Of a stretch of DNA of 64,000 nt, positions 22,640 to 36,548 are shown piece by piece. Below the pieces are notes generated by a model that searched no databases, was not told the DNA's origin, and saw only the letters and a list, made by a program, of their open reading frames with translations. Source of the DNA: Octopus sinensis. Its lineage: Eukaryota. The stretch is from contig NC_043003.1 in NCBI RefSeq assembly GCF_006345805.1, positions 109,616,001-109,680,000 on the forward strand. The letters are read 5' to 3'. Every line of letters begins with the position of its first letter. The first letter of the stretch is position 1. Position numbers and translations under genes: made by a program.

Positions 22640-23714
22640 AATATTTGAGTAGTTGAATGAATTATCTTATTAAGGATAATTCGAATATGCAGCCTTCAAA
22701 ACATATGTCAGGAATAAAGGATATTGTTAAGTAGTCGTTCAATTCTATTTTTTCATATATATATATATATATATGTAAGCGTGCATGCGCGCGCACATAC
22801 GCATGTTCTCAATGTCAGAAGCTTGGCAATACCCAGTTTGTCGACAGCTTTATTCATGTATCATGAACGAACTTCAGAAGAGAATGAAGCTATGTAGGTG
22901 GTTGTTGGTAGAAAATAGCATTATTTGGGTTTTTTTTTTGTTTTGGTTCATAAATCAAATCATTATAACATCAGACAAATTCCTTGAAGTATTTCAAGTT
23001 AAAGTTTTTCTTTCGTATTTTTTTTTGCCTTATTCGATCAAATACCGTTGGGGCAAACTTCATTTTTAACCTTTATGAAATTGATATCATCTGTACTTGT
23101 AAAGTACAAGTGTTCGAAACAATTGATTATACTCTGTCCTAAATTTAAAGGCATTTCTTTGCCTGTATAAGAAATCAATAATACTGAGCTGTTGATTTTC
23201 AACCCCAAGAAAGGTCTAAACGAACACATATCTGATCAAAGGATTTCCTGCCATGACTATCCCATAATTTTCAAACAAACTGGATTAAGGATTTTATCAC
23301 TTGTGGCAGAGAATGATGTAAGGGAGATTTGGCTGAGATTTCTTGCAAGCATATTTACCACAAAGAGAGTGCATTCTTGACATCTTGACACTAAGTTTTC
23401 GATAAAGATTTCTGTACAAGATGACTTACTAAAGGCTAGTAAGGTTAGTAGGCACAGCTGTATGTATGCAAGTATGTATGTATGTATGTATGTATGTATG
23501 TATGTATGTATGTATGTATGTATGTATGTATGTATGTATGTATGTATGTATGTATGTATGTATGTATGTATAACTGTATGCATGTTTAAATGTGAATGGA
23601 TATATGAGTGTAAGTTTGAATGATTGTATGTATGTATGAATGTATGTATGTATGTATGTATGTATGTATGTATCTATCTATCTATCTATATATATATATA
23701 TTTTGTTTGTTTAT

Positions 23715-24172
<458 letters not shown>

Positions 24173-24335
24173 AGAATATTTATATGTACGTGTGGTTACA
24201 TATGTGTGTGTGTGCGTGTGTGTGCGCGCGCGTCCATGTGTGTTTATGAGTATGAAAGCTTGCTAATATATATGTCTACATATCTATATATATGTACTCG
24301 TATCTACCTATCTATCTACCTATCTATCTATCTAC

Positions 24336-24458
<123 letters not shown>

Positions 24459-24882
24459 CACATACGTGCATACACACAACACACATAGAATATGTATGTG
24501 TTTATGCGTATATGAATATATGTACGTGTAAATGTATGTACGCATGAATGTGTGTATATCTTACCATGAATATCCACGTGTGCAAGCGTACGTGTGTGCA
24601 TGCGCAAGTGCAAGCGCACATGAGTGTGTATGTATGCGAACGTTTGGGTTTAACTATATTGGAAATACTCAACGTATCATATTTGATATGTTTATGAATA
24701 TCTCAGATATCATATTGCTGCAGTTCGGAGGTTTTGCTTCAAACACTAATCATGCAACACTTTCTATACACTAAAATAAAACTGTTGTTTGTGTGTAAAC
24801 CTTCTTTTGAATCATGTTCTGCTGAAGAATGCTCTGTCTAGCGTAACATTTTAAATCGTGGAAAGGTAGTTACACACGCACG

Positions 24883-24948
<66 letters not shown>

Positions 24949-26550
24949 CACGCACGCACATACACGCGCGCACATATGCCATCTCCCACACTCACACACA
25001 CACAAATACCCACACATCTACACATCTGTCTAACTATCGATCGATCTATATGTATAATATACATATATGTACATAAACATACATACATATATATTATATG
25101 TGTATATAATATTTATATATATAAACAATATATATATATATATATATACATACAATATATATATATATACATATATATTTACATATACATATACATACAC
25201 ATACGTAAAAAACATACATACTAAACATACACATACGCATTCGCATACGTGTATAGAAATATTTTCTTTATGTGTGAAAGTGTGTTCGTACGTATCTATA
25301 CATGTATTTTTCTACGTACGTACACTTAGAAAGGGTCGTTTTTATTTGTGTTTTTGAAACAATTAATCAAAATGGGAAATAAGCGGAAATACAAGATGAA
25401 AGGATCGTATCAAAAGTAGAGAAAAAATAAACGGTAGAATTTTACAAACGTATCTCTTTACTATTTCCCCTACCTTCCCCTCCTCCAGCCCGTCCTTTCT
25501 TCCCATTTTTTTAAAACCTAACTCCATTTTCTTTGGGCATTTTTTTTTTTTGCTGGAGAAGCACTATAATGTCATACAAATTTCTCTCTATACAAAATAA
25601 CTATTATTTACACTTTGGCAAATAATAATCACACTTTGTTAAATGATAACTATTTCTGACATAAGCAGTGTGTCATTGAGTTTGGAAGGAAGTTAGAAAT
25701 TGTAACACCAAAACACCAAAGACAGTGAAGAGAAACATGGTCACAAGCAGGGTCGGCGCTAAGAAGTACAGGACCCAATTAGAGAATTGTTGGGGGTCCC
25801 TCTACTCTACAAAAACCGAAGATTGAGGTTTTTATTTTTCATGTAGTACGCCAGTCCCCGCCAAAAAACGTTGAGGGCTTGAGGTTTCACCACTAGCCAC
25901 AATACTATACTAAAAATTGAAAACTGAAAGGAAAGTTTTAATGCTTTATTGCAAGTCAAGATAATGACAGACATATTGTGAATAGGCGTTGTGCTTGTTG
26001 AGATAACTGGACTGAGCTGATTATGGTGCCTTTATGTCGTTGCCAGGCACTCATTTCGCAGAAAATAGATATCGTAGTTAAAGAAGCTGTTTTTCTAAAG
26101 TCAAGAGGTAAATTCGTTTGTCGTACGAAAAGATAAAAAGAAACTTGTATTTCGGGACGGTCAATTTTTTCTTTTTTGGTAAATAAACACACGCACAATA
26201 TATTTTTTCTTCACTTGTTTATTACCGTTCTTATTTTATTATTTTAACTCTTGTCCATTGTCCGGAAATCTTTATGAAAAGAATCGTGAGGATATTTTTA
26301 CTTGACGCTGTCAAAGGGGTTAATTCATCCTAGCATCTTCCTCTCGAGCGTGTGCGCGGAACCCTAAAGTGGCGCGGGCCCAATTCGAACGAACAATTAT
26401 TTCTCTAATTTCCATTATATACACTTTGTTATAATTTTTAACGTGGTTGTGTCTCCATTTGATCGGTGTAAACCCCACCGATTTTTGTGTGTTGTAACTC
26501 GTCCTTTGATACTGTCCTCGATGCCTTGGGCTCTTGTGGTCATAGAAGAA

Positions 26551-26599
<49 letters not shown>

Positions 26600-26600
<1 letters not shown>

Positions 26601-27290
26601 GGCGGCGAGCTGGCAGAATCGTTAGTACACCGGGCGGAATGCCCAGCGGCATTTCGTCCGTCTTTGCGTTCTGAGTTAAAATTCCCCTGAGATTGACTTT
26701 ACCTTTCACCCTTTAGGAGTCGATAAAATAAGTACCAGTTGAACACTAGAGTGGATATAATCGACTAACTTCTTCCTCCAAAATTCCAGGCCTTGAACCT
26801 ATAGTACAAAGTATTCTTATTATTACTGAAGAGAGACAAGGCGGTGAGTTGGCAGAATCGTTAACGCGCCGGGCAAAACGCTTAGCAGCATTTCACCCGT
26901 CTTTATGTTCTGAGTTCAAATTCCGCCGAGGTCGACTTTTCTTTTCATCCTTTCGGGGTCGATGAAATTAGTACCAGTTACGCACTGGGGTCGATGTAAT
27001 CGAGTAGCTCCCTCTTCCAAAATTCCAGGTCTCCAGCCTATAGTATTATTATTATTACTAAAAAGAGTGAATAGTCAGAATCATTAGAACATAGGAAAAA
27101 TTACTTTGCATTATGCGTTTCACCTCTTTGCATTTCGAGTTCAAATGCCGCTGAGGTTGACTTTGCTTTTCATACTTTCGGCATCAATAAAATAATATTC
27201 CAGTCAAAGAGGTGGAGGTGTAATCGACTTACGCCGCCTTCTAAAAATTGCTGGCCTTATTCCAAAATTAGAAAGATGTATTATTATTAT
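26600..27290 (+). mobile_element. Three head-to-tail Nin/Deu SINEs (about 26600-26815, 26851-27045, 27065-27280), separated by (ATT)n
   Basis: Each has a gg/cggcgag.tggcagaatcgtta-like head and a Nin core, and is bracketed by ttattatta runs. Confidence 0.85.
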
Positions 27291-27874
27291 TATTATTATT
27301 ACTATCACTCTCTATCAAGCACTGTGGCCAATTTAATTGGTTACCCCCATCGCCGACCAACCCAATTTCTCGTGTTGTGCCTATTATTGTATTTTTGATT
27401 ATGTAACTTTTACTTGCTAACAAATTGTTTTAATCAATGCTGTTTGTTGGCCACGTTCCAGAAAAGTCTCAACAATATGCTATTGCTGCTTACTGAATCG
27501 TCTTTTGTTTTCTTGTGTGGGCATGTATGTCCGTACGTCTGAGCGAATACACTGGCGAAGGTGGTAGAGAAGCAAAGTAGTATGTGAACGCTTGCAGATT
27601 TATAGAGAGTTTTGTTTTCGAAGAATGCGCGTTATTCCACAAAAATAAAAAAAGGAAGACAATGAAAAAGAAAGGAAAACAGAAACCCCTTGCAGTACTT
27701 TAATTCAGGTGATATGCTGCATCTCATTTCATTTTTTCTTTTTTTTTTACATAGTCTCGGATGCAAAGCAGTAACAGAAAGTTCCATGTTTCATATCGTT
27801 ACTGATTCTAATTTAGCTTTTAGTCGCATTTTCGTAAGGCTTATCTGGAGGTCAATGGTTTCAAATTTTTGCAC

Positions 27875-28322
27875 AAGGCTTGCAACTTCGGGGAACGAAG
27901 CAAGTAGATTAGATCGACCCCAGTGTTCAACTGGTACAACATTTTATCAACTTCGAAACGATGTAAGGCAAAGCCGGCCTTAGCAGAATGTGAACTTCGA
28001 ACGTAAACACGGGCGAATAGCCGCTATGCATCTTGCCCGACGTGCTAACGATTTTGTCAGTTCACTGCCTTTTAACTTGATATTGATATCGATTTCAGAT
28101 TTTTGCACAAGGCCAGCAAGTTCATGAGAGGGTATAAGTCGATTACATCAACCCCAGGGCTCAACTGATGCTTTTCTTGCTTTTTTTTTTTGTTATCGAC
28201 TCTGAAAGGATGAAAGGTAAAACTGACCTCGGCGGAATGAGAACTCAAGACGTAAAGTGGGGTGGGATGCTGCTATGCATATTCCCCCCGTGTGCTAACG
28301 ATTATGCCAGCCCACCGCCTTT
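27875..28322 (-). mobile_element. Two Nin/Deu SINEs (about 27875-28070 and 28105-28322)
   Basis: Reverse-complement heads (gtgctaacgatt..gccagc) and cores (atcgac..gaaaggatgaaagg.aaa..cgacctcggc). Confidence 0.75.
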
Positions 28323-28659
28323 TAATTTGATGTTGATGTCAGCAACACATTGACATATCAACTCTAACAATGTCTTGTAGCAATGCTGGAAGATTTTCGA
28401 AACTTTCTTAATATGCTTCTTTGCCTTTAATCCTCCTAATCCGGCAAGGGATGACAAAACAAACATAGGGACAAGGCCTGAAAATTTCTGGGGAAGGCGT
28501 TAATCGTTAGCACCCCTGTAGTTTACTCTGCTATTTTATTATTATTTTTTTTTACTTTGAAAGGCTAGATGACCCAGAACGTAAAAAGCCGAAAGAAATG
28601 CTCCAAATCGTTTGTCAGTTGCTCTAAAATTTCTACCGGCTCACTTTTATCGTGTGCGT

Positions 28660-29070
28660 CTTTATCGTTTACTTGTTTCAGTCATCAGATTGCGGCCATG
28701 CTGCAGCAACACATTGAAGAATTTTAGTCGAACGAATCGATCCCAGTACTTACTATTTAAAGCCTGGTACTTATTCTGTCGGTCTGTTTTACTGAACCGC
28801 TACACACAACAACACCGGTTATCAAGTGGTGATGGAGGACACATACATACACACACATACACGCACACACACACACACACGCACACACACACATACACAC
28901 ACATACACACATGTATACAAGGGCTTCTTTCTGTTTTCGTCTACCAAATCAACTCAGAGCTTTAATTGGCCCGAGGCCGTAGAAGACACTTGCCCATGTT
29001 GCCACGCAGTGAGGCAGAAGCCGGAATCACGTGGCTGGGAAGCAGACTTCCTTTTACACAGCTGCACCCG
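28660..29070 (-). mobile_element. H2 microsatellite-containing SINE, diverged, internal (TG)n
   Basis: acttgtttcagtcat..gcggccatgctg...(CA)n...gggcttctttctgttttcgtctaccaaatc...gaagacacttgccca..gccacgcagt. Confidence 0.8.
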
Positions 29071-29361
29071 CACCTGTGCAGCTAATGCAAAATAAAGAAA
29101 AAGCATTCACACCATGTAAAACGTAGCTTTAACTAGATTCGAACCTTCGTCCTCTATTTTACATTGAAGACTGATATACACTATGGGAGAAAAATATATT
29201 CTTAGAAGACAATATGTAATATGAAACTGTAACTGGATTCGAACTTTCAGCCTCAGGTTTACTTTGAACAATAAAGTGATTACATCTACCACCATTCCAC
29301 GCCAAAAGAAGAAGAGACAGAAAAGTAAAAAGACGTTTTCCACTATTCTTTTCTACTCTGG

Positions 29362-29515
29362 GCACAAGGCCCGAGATTTTTGGGGTGGGGCCCAGACGAT
29401 TAGATCGACCCCAGTAAGCAATTGGTACTTAATTCATTAACCCCGAAGGGATGAAAGGCAAAGTCGAGCTCGGCGAGATTTGAACTCGGAACGTAAAGAC
29501 AGACGAAATACGGAC
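29362..29515 (-). mobile_element. Nin/Deu-domain SINE
   Basis: ggtacttaattcattaaccccgaagggatgaaaggcaaagtcgagctcggcgagatttgaactc. Confidence 0.8.
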
Positions 29516-29844
29516 GTATTCTACTGTTAAGAAGACAGTAAGACGATGGGAAATCACATGGCCTAGGTTCGATATCACTACGTGGCACCCAGCGTATTCT
29601 ACTAGAGGGTTGTGCTGACTAATACCTTGTGAGTGGAATTTATTACACAGGATCTATACGGCACGCATACACTCATGTGTGCGTGCGTGTGTGTATGTGT
29701 GTGCGTTTCAGCCAGTCCCGTCTCCTGTTCTTTAGTATCCATGGCATACAGCCACCAACTCAAGCCTACTCCTATGGTACTCTACTTTAGCATTGAGTAC
29801 TTCGCTGGATCGATACTTAAAAAGGACATACATACACATACATA

Positions 29845-29980
29845 TAAGTTCAGTCCCATTGCGTGGTAGCTTGGGTAAGTGTCTTGTAGTATAGCCTCGG
29901 GCCAGCCAAAGCCTTGCGAGTGGATTTCGTAGACGGAAACCGAAAGAAGCCCGTCGTATATATATATGTGTATATATATA

Positions 29981-30023
<43 letters not shown>

Positions 30024-30265
30024 ACACATATATGTGTCCGTGTGTGTGAGTATGCATGCATGTGAGTGCGTGTGCAAGCGTATGTGTGTGTGCATGCGTG
30101 TGTGTGTGTGTTTATGTCTCCGTAACTTAGTGGTTCAGCAAATGTTACCGACAGAATAAGTTCTAGGCTTTGAAAAAAAGAAGTCCTGGGGCCGATTTGC
30201 TCGATTAAAACCTTGAAGGCGGTATCCCAGCATGACCGCAGTCTAATGACTGCAGCAAAATAAAC
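29845..30265 (+). mobile_element. H2 microsatellite-containing SINE, 5' truncated in the head
   Basis: gttcagtcccattgcgtgg..gtgtctt..tatagcctcgggcc..aaagccttg.gagtggatt..gtagacggaaac.gaaagaagcccgtcg(TA)n..(TG)n tttatgtctccgtaacttag...gactgcagcaaaa. Confidence 0.85.
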
Positions 30266-30797
30266 GATTAAAGATATACTGATACACGCATACACACACA
30301 CACACGCACACACACACACACACACACACACTCATATTTGTACGTGGTACTCTTTCGCTTTTACTTTCTTCTCCTTTCTTTTCTCTCTCCAACTGGAACT
30401 CCTAACAAACTCTATGGTATTTCGTCTAACTTTTACAGTTACTTCTGAAACTAAGCATCGACTTCATAATAATAATAAACGGCAGTTATCGTCTGCTACT
30501 ATCAATCTTACTTAGTAACTCCTCTTAAGTTTATTTTCTCTCCCTTCCCTTCTCTTCCATTCTTTACCGATTCCATCCATAGCTTGTGAATTACTTTCAG
30601 AGTCTATTAATACAATGCCGACTCCGTACTTTCTTTCGATATATAGTTCACCTTTATTTTTTTCTTTAACATTTGGTTTTTTCTTTTTATCCTTTTCACC
30701 CCTCTGCTTACTACACCGCAGTGCCTTTCTCTATTTCTACCTTTCTTCTCCTACCTACGTATTCCTCATTTCTCGACTATCTTACTCTGTTTCTTCC

Positions 30798-30900
30798 AAC
30801 CACCCACCACCCACCCTTTACCTCTCCATTGGCTCGCAGAAGGAACCTCCTCATGTTACCGTCTGCCTATAAAAGGATTGCCGAGTTAGTCAGAGACAAC
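30798..30900 (+). promoter_or_regulatory. Candidate RNA Pol II core promoter (CACCC boxes, reverse CCAAT, TATA)
   Basis: ccacccaccacccaccc at about 30800-30816, ATTGG at 30828-30832, cc-TATAAAA-gg at 30868-30874, and a CA about 30 nt downstream (30897-30898). The spacing is canonical, but there is no transcript evidence. Confidence 0.3.
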
Positions 30901-31299
30901 ACCTTCCCCCCCTTACATCTTCAACCCTCCACCTCACAAATCTCACGACCAAACGCAAACGTTACCCATCAGCGTTCTCTGCAACTAGAAGAGGGAGAAG
31001 GAGAAGTAGATGATAAAAAGAAGACGAGGGAAGGAAGAAGAAATAGAAGCTGAAGAAGAAGAAGAAGTAAAAAAAAAAACAGAACGGGATAGCAGTATTT
31101 TTGTAAATAGGGGAATACAGGTTATCTTTCAAAATAAAAACTAAATTCTAAATTAAGTTATTTAAATATATATTTCACTACTTTAAAATATCAAATAAAA
31201 TTCTATTTAAAATTCTTTAAGCAAAATTATCCGGAGGCAAACGAAAATATCTTAAAAAAGTATTTTCCTACTGAAATAGTTTGGAATTCCTGGCCTTGT

Positions 31300-31504
31300 C
31301 TATAGTTGTTGCGTTGAAATATTTCTAAGGATAGTGTCTTTTCCACCCCTCGTGTGAGAATAGTAACTTATAAATAAACTTTTCATGCCAGGTTTTTGAT
31401 GGTCTCTGTACTGTTTTAATAATATCATCATTCCTACGGAGTGCCTCTTCTTTGAACATTCCAGTTGCTGATCTCTGGTCGCCATTTTTTGTTTCGATCT
31501 AAAG
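31300..31504 (+). other. Candidate non-coding 5' exon
   Basis: Unique sequence with a YY1-like CGCCATTTT (31480-31488) immediately before a strong donor AAG|GTAAGG (31504/31505). Only tiny uORFs are present. Confidence 0.25.
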
Positions 31505-31676
31505 GTAAGGAAACTAAAGCGAAAACCCCACCTAAAACTTTACTATAACAGCACCCATATTACTATAAAACTGTCAAAGCTTTCTAATTTTTGTCTATAT
31601 TGATTTCTATTACCTTTTCAATAAGATTTTTTCCTTTTGATTATATATTTCACCTGTTGTGTGTGTGTGTGTGTGT

Positions 31677-31712
<36 letters not shown>

Positions 31713-31791
31713 ATATATATATAATATATATATATGCATATATATATATATATACATATATGCATATATATATATATATATACATATATGC

Positions 31792-31887
<96 letters not shown>

Positions 31888-33247
31888 TATATATATATAC
31901 ATACATATATACATATATATATACATACATACATATATATATATATATTATACATATATATATATATACACGCGTGCACACACATTTTTAAAATATTGAT
32001 GATAATGGTGATTTTTATTTCTTTTTAAGAATAATGATAACAATAATATTAATACTAATGATGATGGTTTCTTTATTTTCCTTATTGCATATAATAATAT
32101 TGCTTTTAGCTCTCCATGGTCGATAATCTACTAACCTTCCCTGTCACACAATTTTCGAGCCTTGTGCCTATAGTAGAAAGAAGAAGAATAATGATAATTA
32201 TTCAGGTGGCGAGCTGACAGATTGATAAACGCGATGGGCAAAATACTTTGCGGCATTTCTGACTTTTTACTGTGTGGGTCCAAATCCCACCGCGGTCAAC
32301 TTTGCTTGTTATCCTTACAGGTCGATAAAATAAATTCACCGAAATTTTAAACCTATCGCCTATAGTAGAAAGAATTATCATTATTAGATAAGTAATATGA
32401 TGGAAATTGCAGAACGATGGTCTGAATATCTTAAATTATATAGTTTCGTCACGCATCGATTTAGTTTGAATTCCCACTTTTATCAGAGGCTCAGATTAAA
32501 AAAACAAAAGAAACAAAACAAGAAAAGACCTGTTGTTCAGTGCAGCCGATTCCTTCAAATACATTCTGGAAAAATCTTCTGCATTATAATTATTTTATGC
32601 AAGGAGGGAAGCTATAGGTGGTTGTTCGAACTATTAGAAATTGAAGTTAAATCTCAATGAAACAACCCCAGGCTTATGCAATACCTGAAAAAACGGACAT
32701 TGCATAATGCAGTCACTTAGTTATACAAAAAGGTGATGAAGTCACACCTGGAATGTCTTTGATCATAGAACTACTCGATCAGGTTTGATCTAATGCTAAA
32801 TATCACTAGCAACGTCACCATCACTATCACCAACATTTTGGGGCAGCAAAGTGGAATATAAAAAACGCCTCGAACTGCTTTCAATTCCAGGTGTCACCAT
32901 ACAGTATCGTATTTTCGATGCTAATACCCTTCTTACATCATCTTATATGTTCTATTCTATAATGTCTATGACCTTGCGCTGTCGTTAATAAAAAAAATCT
33001 TAGCAGTAAGAATAGAGAAGTGATGTAATGAAGAACAATGATTTCTGATGTGCTAAATCTGCGAGCCGGGTTCGATTTCCCTTGTCACTGAATATTCTTG
33101 TGCATTAATTGCCCTTCAAGAAGGTCGCAGATTTATCACATTTTACTTCTACCAACAACAGCAGTTTGCAACTAATGAATTTTATATTTTTTCAAATAAA
33201 TCATTATAACCATCATCATCAATGTAATTAATGAGTATAGACAGAAA

Positions 33248-33281
<34 letters not shown>

Positions 33282-33369
33282 GAAATTCAAAGAACTTTGT
33301 GGTTTATAAACAAGTAAATATATAGCAAAATCATGTTTTTATTTCTAAATCGAGGAATTTATAATAAAG

Positions 33370-33371
<2 letters not shown>

Positions 33372-33418
<47 letters not shown>

Positions 33419-33498
33419 CTATCTATTTATCTATCTATCTATCTACCTACCTATCTATCTATCTCTCTCTCTATATATCATTCTATCTATCTATCTAC

Positions 33499-33565
<67 letters not shown>

Positions 33566-34145
33566 CCTATCTATCTATCTCTCTCTCTCTATATATATAT
33601 CTATCTATCTATCTACCTATCTATCTTATATACTTGTATATCACGAGTTGTTTGTGTCTGATAGACAGAAAGGATGCGAGAAAGAGAATAATTGAGTGTG
33701 TAAACTTCTGTTTAATGCTTTTTCATAAAGAACAGAATTTGGAAAGAAAAAAAAATGGTAAAATTCTACTATCGGATTTATCTTGGAACTTAACAAAATA
33801 TTTTCAAAAATTTTTCTGAAGTTTCTTGCGAATTGCGTTTTTGTTTTAAACGACGAAACAACATTTCGAACAATCTGGAATATAAGACATCGTTACACGG
33901 ACTGCTTGTATATACAAATACGGACGTACTTGCGTACATACATACATATATAGAATTGTGAGAAAATAAGATAAGGATGGTATTTCTTATGTGTTTGTAA
34001 AACTCTGGAAAAGGAAAAAATACGATTCCTACTTGTGAGCGCACACGTAGACATGTACTCGCATAAATATTATAAATAAACGATATTCCACATTAACATA
34101 TACGCGCTGTCTCTCTCTCTCTCTCTCCCTCTGTCTCTTTCTCTG

Positions 34146-34197
<52 letters not shown>

Positions 34198-34277
34198 CTA
34201 TCTATTTATCTATCTATCTATCTACCTACCTATCTATCTATCTCTCTCTCTATATATCTATCTATCTATCTATCTAC

Positions 34278-34344
<67 letters not shown>

Positions 34345-34922
34345 CCTACCTATCTATCTATCTCTCTCTCTATATATATATCTATCTATCTATCTACCTA
34401 TCTATCTTATATACTTGTATATCACGAGTTGTTTGTGTCTGATAGACAGAAAGGATGCGAGAAAGAGAATAATTGAGTGTGTAAACTTCTGTTTAATGCT
34501 TTTTCATAAAGAACAGAATTTGGAAAGAAAAAAAAAATGGTAAAATTCTACTATCGGATTTATCTTGGAACTTAACAAAATATTTTCAAAAATTTTTCTG
34601 AAGTTTCTTGCGAATTGCGTTTTTGTTTTAAACGACGAAACAACATTTCGAACAATCTGGAATATAAGACATCGTTACACGGAACTGCTTGTATATACAA
34701 ATACGGACGTACTTGCGTACATACATACATATATAGAATTGTGAGAAAATAAGATAAGGATGGTATTTCTTATGTGTTTGTAAAACTCTGGAAAAGGAAA
34801 AAATACGATTCCTACTTGTGAGCGCACACGTAGACATGTACTCGCATAAATATTATAAATAAACGATATTCCACATTAACATATACGCGCTGTCTCTCTC
34901 TCTCTCTCTCCCTCTGTCTCTT

Positions 34923-34945
<23 letters not shown>
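33372..34945. repeat. Near-identical tandem duplication, period about 781 bp
   Basis: Unique block 33631-34110 recurs at 34412-34892. I see only an A-run length change and a 1-bp indel. Junctions fall in (CT)n/(CTAT)n. Confidence 0.92.
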
Positions 34946-34954
<9 letters not shown>

Positions 34955-35119
34955 ACGTACACACACGCACACAGGTACACTATTACAGATTGCTGTCAGT
35001 TATGACTCACACATAAATTCTGTGGCACAGACACGCAGGTCAACATATGCGCAAACATACACACAAACACAAGTATGTGTGTGTATGCATGTGTGCATGA
35101 ATGTAAGGGTGTAAGTGTT

Positions 35120-35151
<32 letters not shown>

Positions 35152-35318
35152 AGTGCGCGCATTTATAATGCAAAAATTATAAAAAATATAATACAATTTC
35201 TGGCAAGTTTTTCTTTGAATTTGAACAACTTAGAAGAAGATATGCCGCTTTATACACAGGCATATAGCTCGGTACACACACACGCACACGCACACACGCA
35301 CACGCACACACGCACACG

Positions 35319-35351
<33 letters not shown>

Positions 35352-35527
35352 ACGCACACGTACACACGCATACACGCACACAGTGGGTCAAAAGTCACGC
35401 ACAAAATAAGTTCAACATACTTCGGAATTTTCAGAGACATTCTTCAATTTTTCTCTAAATGTGAATAAAGTATATAAAATAAAGATGAACACACGCGTAC
35501 TTGTACAGGATAATGATGATGATGATG

Positions 35528-35568
<41 letters not shown>

Positions 35569-35571
35569 TCT

Positions 35572-35767
35572 AGGCCTGAAATTTTGGGGGCGGGTTCTAG
35601 TCGATTAAATCGTCCCCAGTGCGTAACTGGTACTTATCTCATCGACCCCACCAAAAGGATGAAAGTCAAAGTCGATCTCGGCGGAATTTGAACTCAACAC
35701 GTAAAGCTTGGCGAAATACTGCTAAGCATTTTGCACGGCGTGAAAATGATTCTGCGAGCTCACCGCT

Positions 35768-35768
<1 letters not shown>
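35572..35768 (-). mobile_element. Nin/Deu-domain SINE between (AAT)n tracts
   Basis: ggtacttatctcatcgaccccaccaaaaggatgaaagtcaaagtcgatctcggcggaatttgaactc..ctcaccgctttaataataat. Confidence 0.85.
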
Positions 35769-35800
<32 letters not shown>

Positions 35801-35974
35801 TAATGATAATAATAATAATGATATAATAATAATGATAATAATAATATAATGATAATAATAATATGATAATAATAATAATGATAATAATAATGATAATAAT
35901 AATGATAATAATAATGATAATAATAATAATGATGATAATAATAATAATGATAATACTAATCCTTTCTGCTGTAG

Positions 35975-36172
35975 CCACAAGGCCTGAAATTTTGGGGGAG
36001 GGGACCAATATATTACATCAACGCCAGTCCTCAACTGGTACTTATTTTATCGACCCCGAAAGGATGAAAGGTAAAGTCGACTTCGGCGGAATTTGAACTC
36101 AGAATATAAAAACGGACAAAGTGTCGCTAAGCATTTTGCCCTGCGTGCTAACGATTCTGCGATCTCGCCGCC
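35975..36172 (-). mobile_element. Nin/Deu-domain SINE
   Basis: ggtacttattttatcgaccccgaaaggatgaaaggtaaagtcgacttcggcggaatttgaactcagaa..ctcgccgcctta. Confidence 0.88.
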
Positions 36173-36180
36173 TTAGACAT

Positions 36181-36548
36181 TATAATTGCCTCTGCTTTAG
36201 CGAAGGCGAAGGTATTGTTTTCAATCGTCTTTGCTTGTTTGTCCATGGACAAGATATCTCAAGAACCACTGGATGGATTTGGGTGAAACTTTCAGGGATG
36301 TTTGGCCTCATGACTGGCACGAACTGATTATATTTTGCGATCGATCCGGTAGCAGACAAGCATTCTGGATTGTATTTCTGTTTTGTTTTTTTTACTTAAT
36401 TTTTGAGAGGGGTCAGGTTCATTTTTAGTATTCTCGTTTGTGAGAGCAGCCGAGTTTATTTCAGATATTCTCATTTTAAAAAGTATATCTGGCTAATCAT
36501 TGAGAGGACGTCGGTGTTGCTTTGTCGGAAGTTTGCACTCTCTGAGTG
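36181..36548 (+). mobile_element. Non-autonomous Helentron (HINE/DINE-1-like) element
   Basis: Starts attgcctctgc..ggtattgttttc, has gtttgtc..ggatggattt..tgaaac, and ends gtcggaagt (sub-TIR-like) plus hairpin cactc-tct-gagtg (36536-36548). A second copy is at 12040-12193. Confidence 0.6.
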
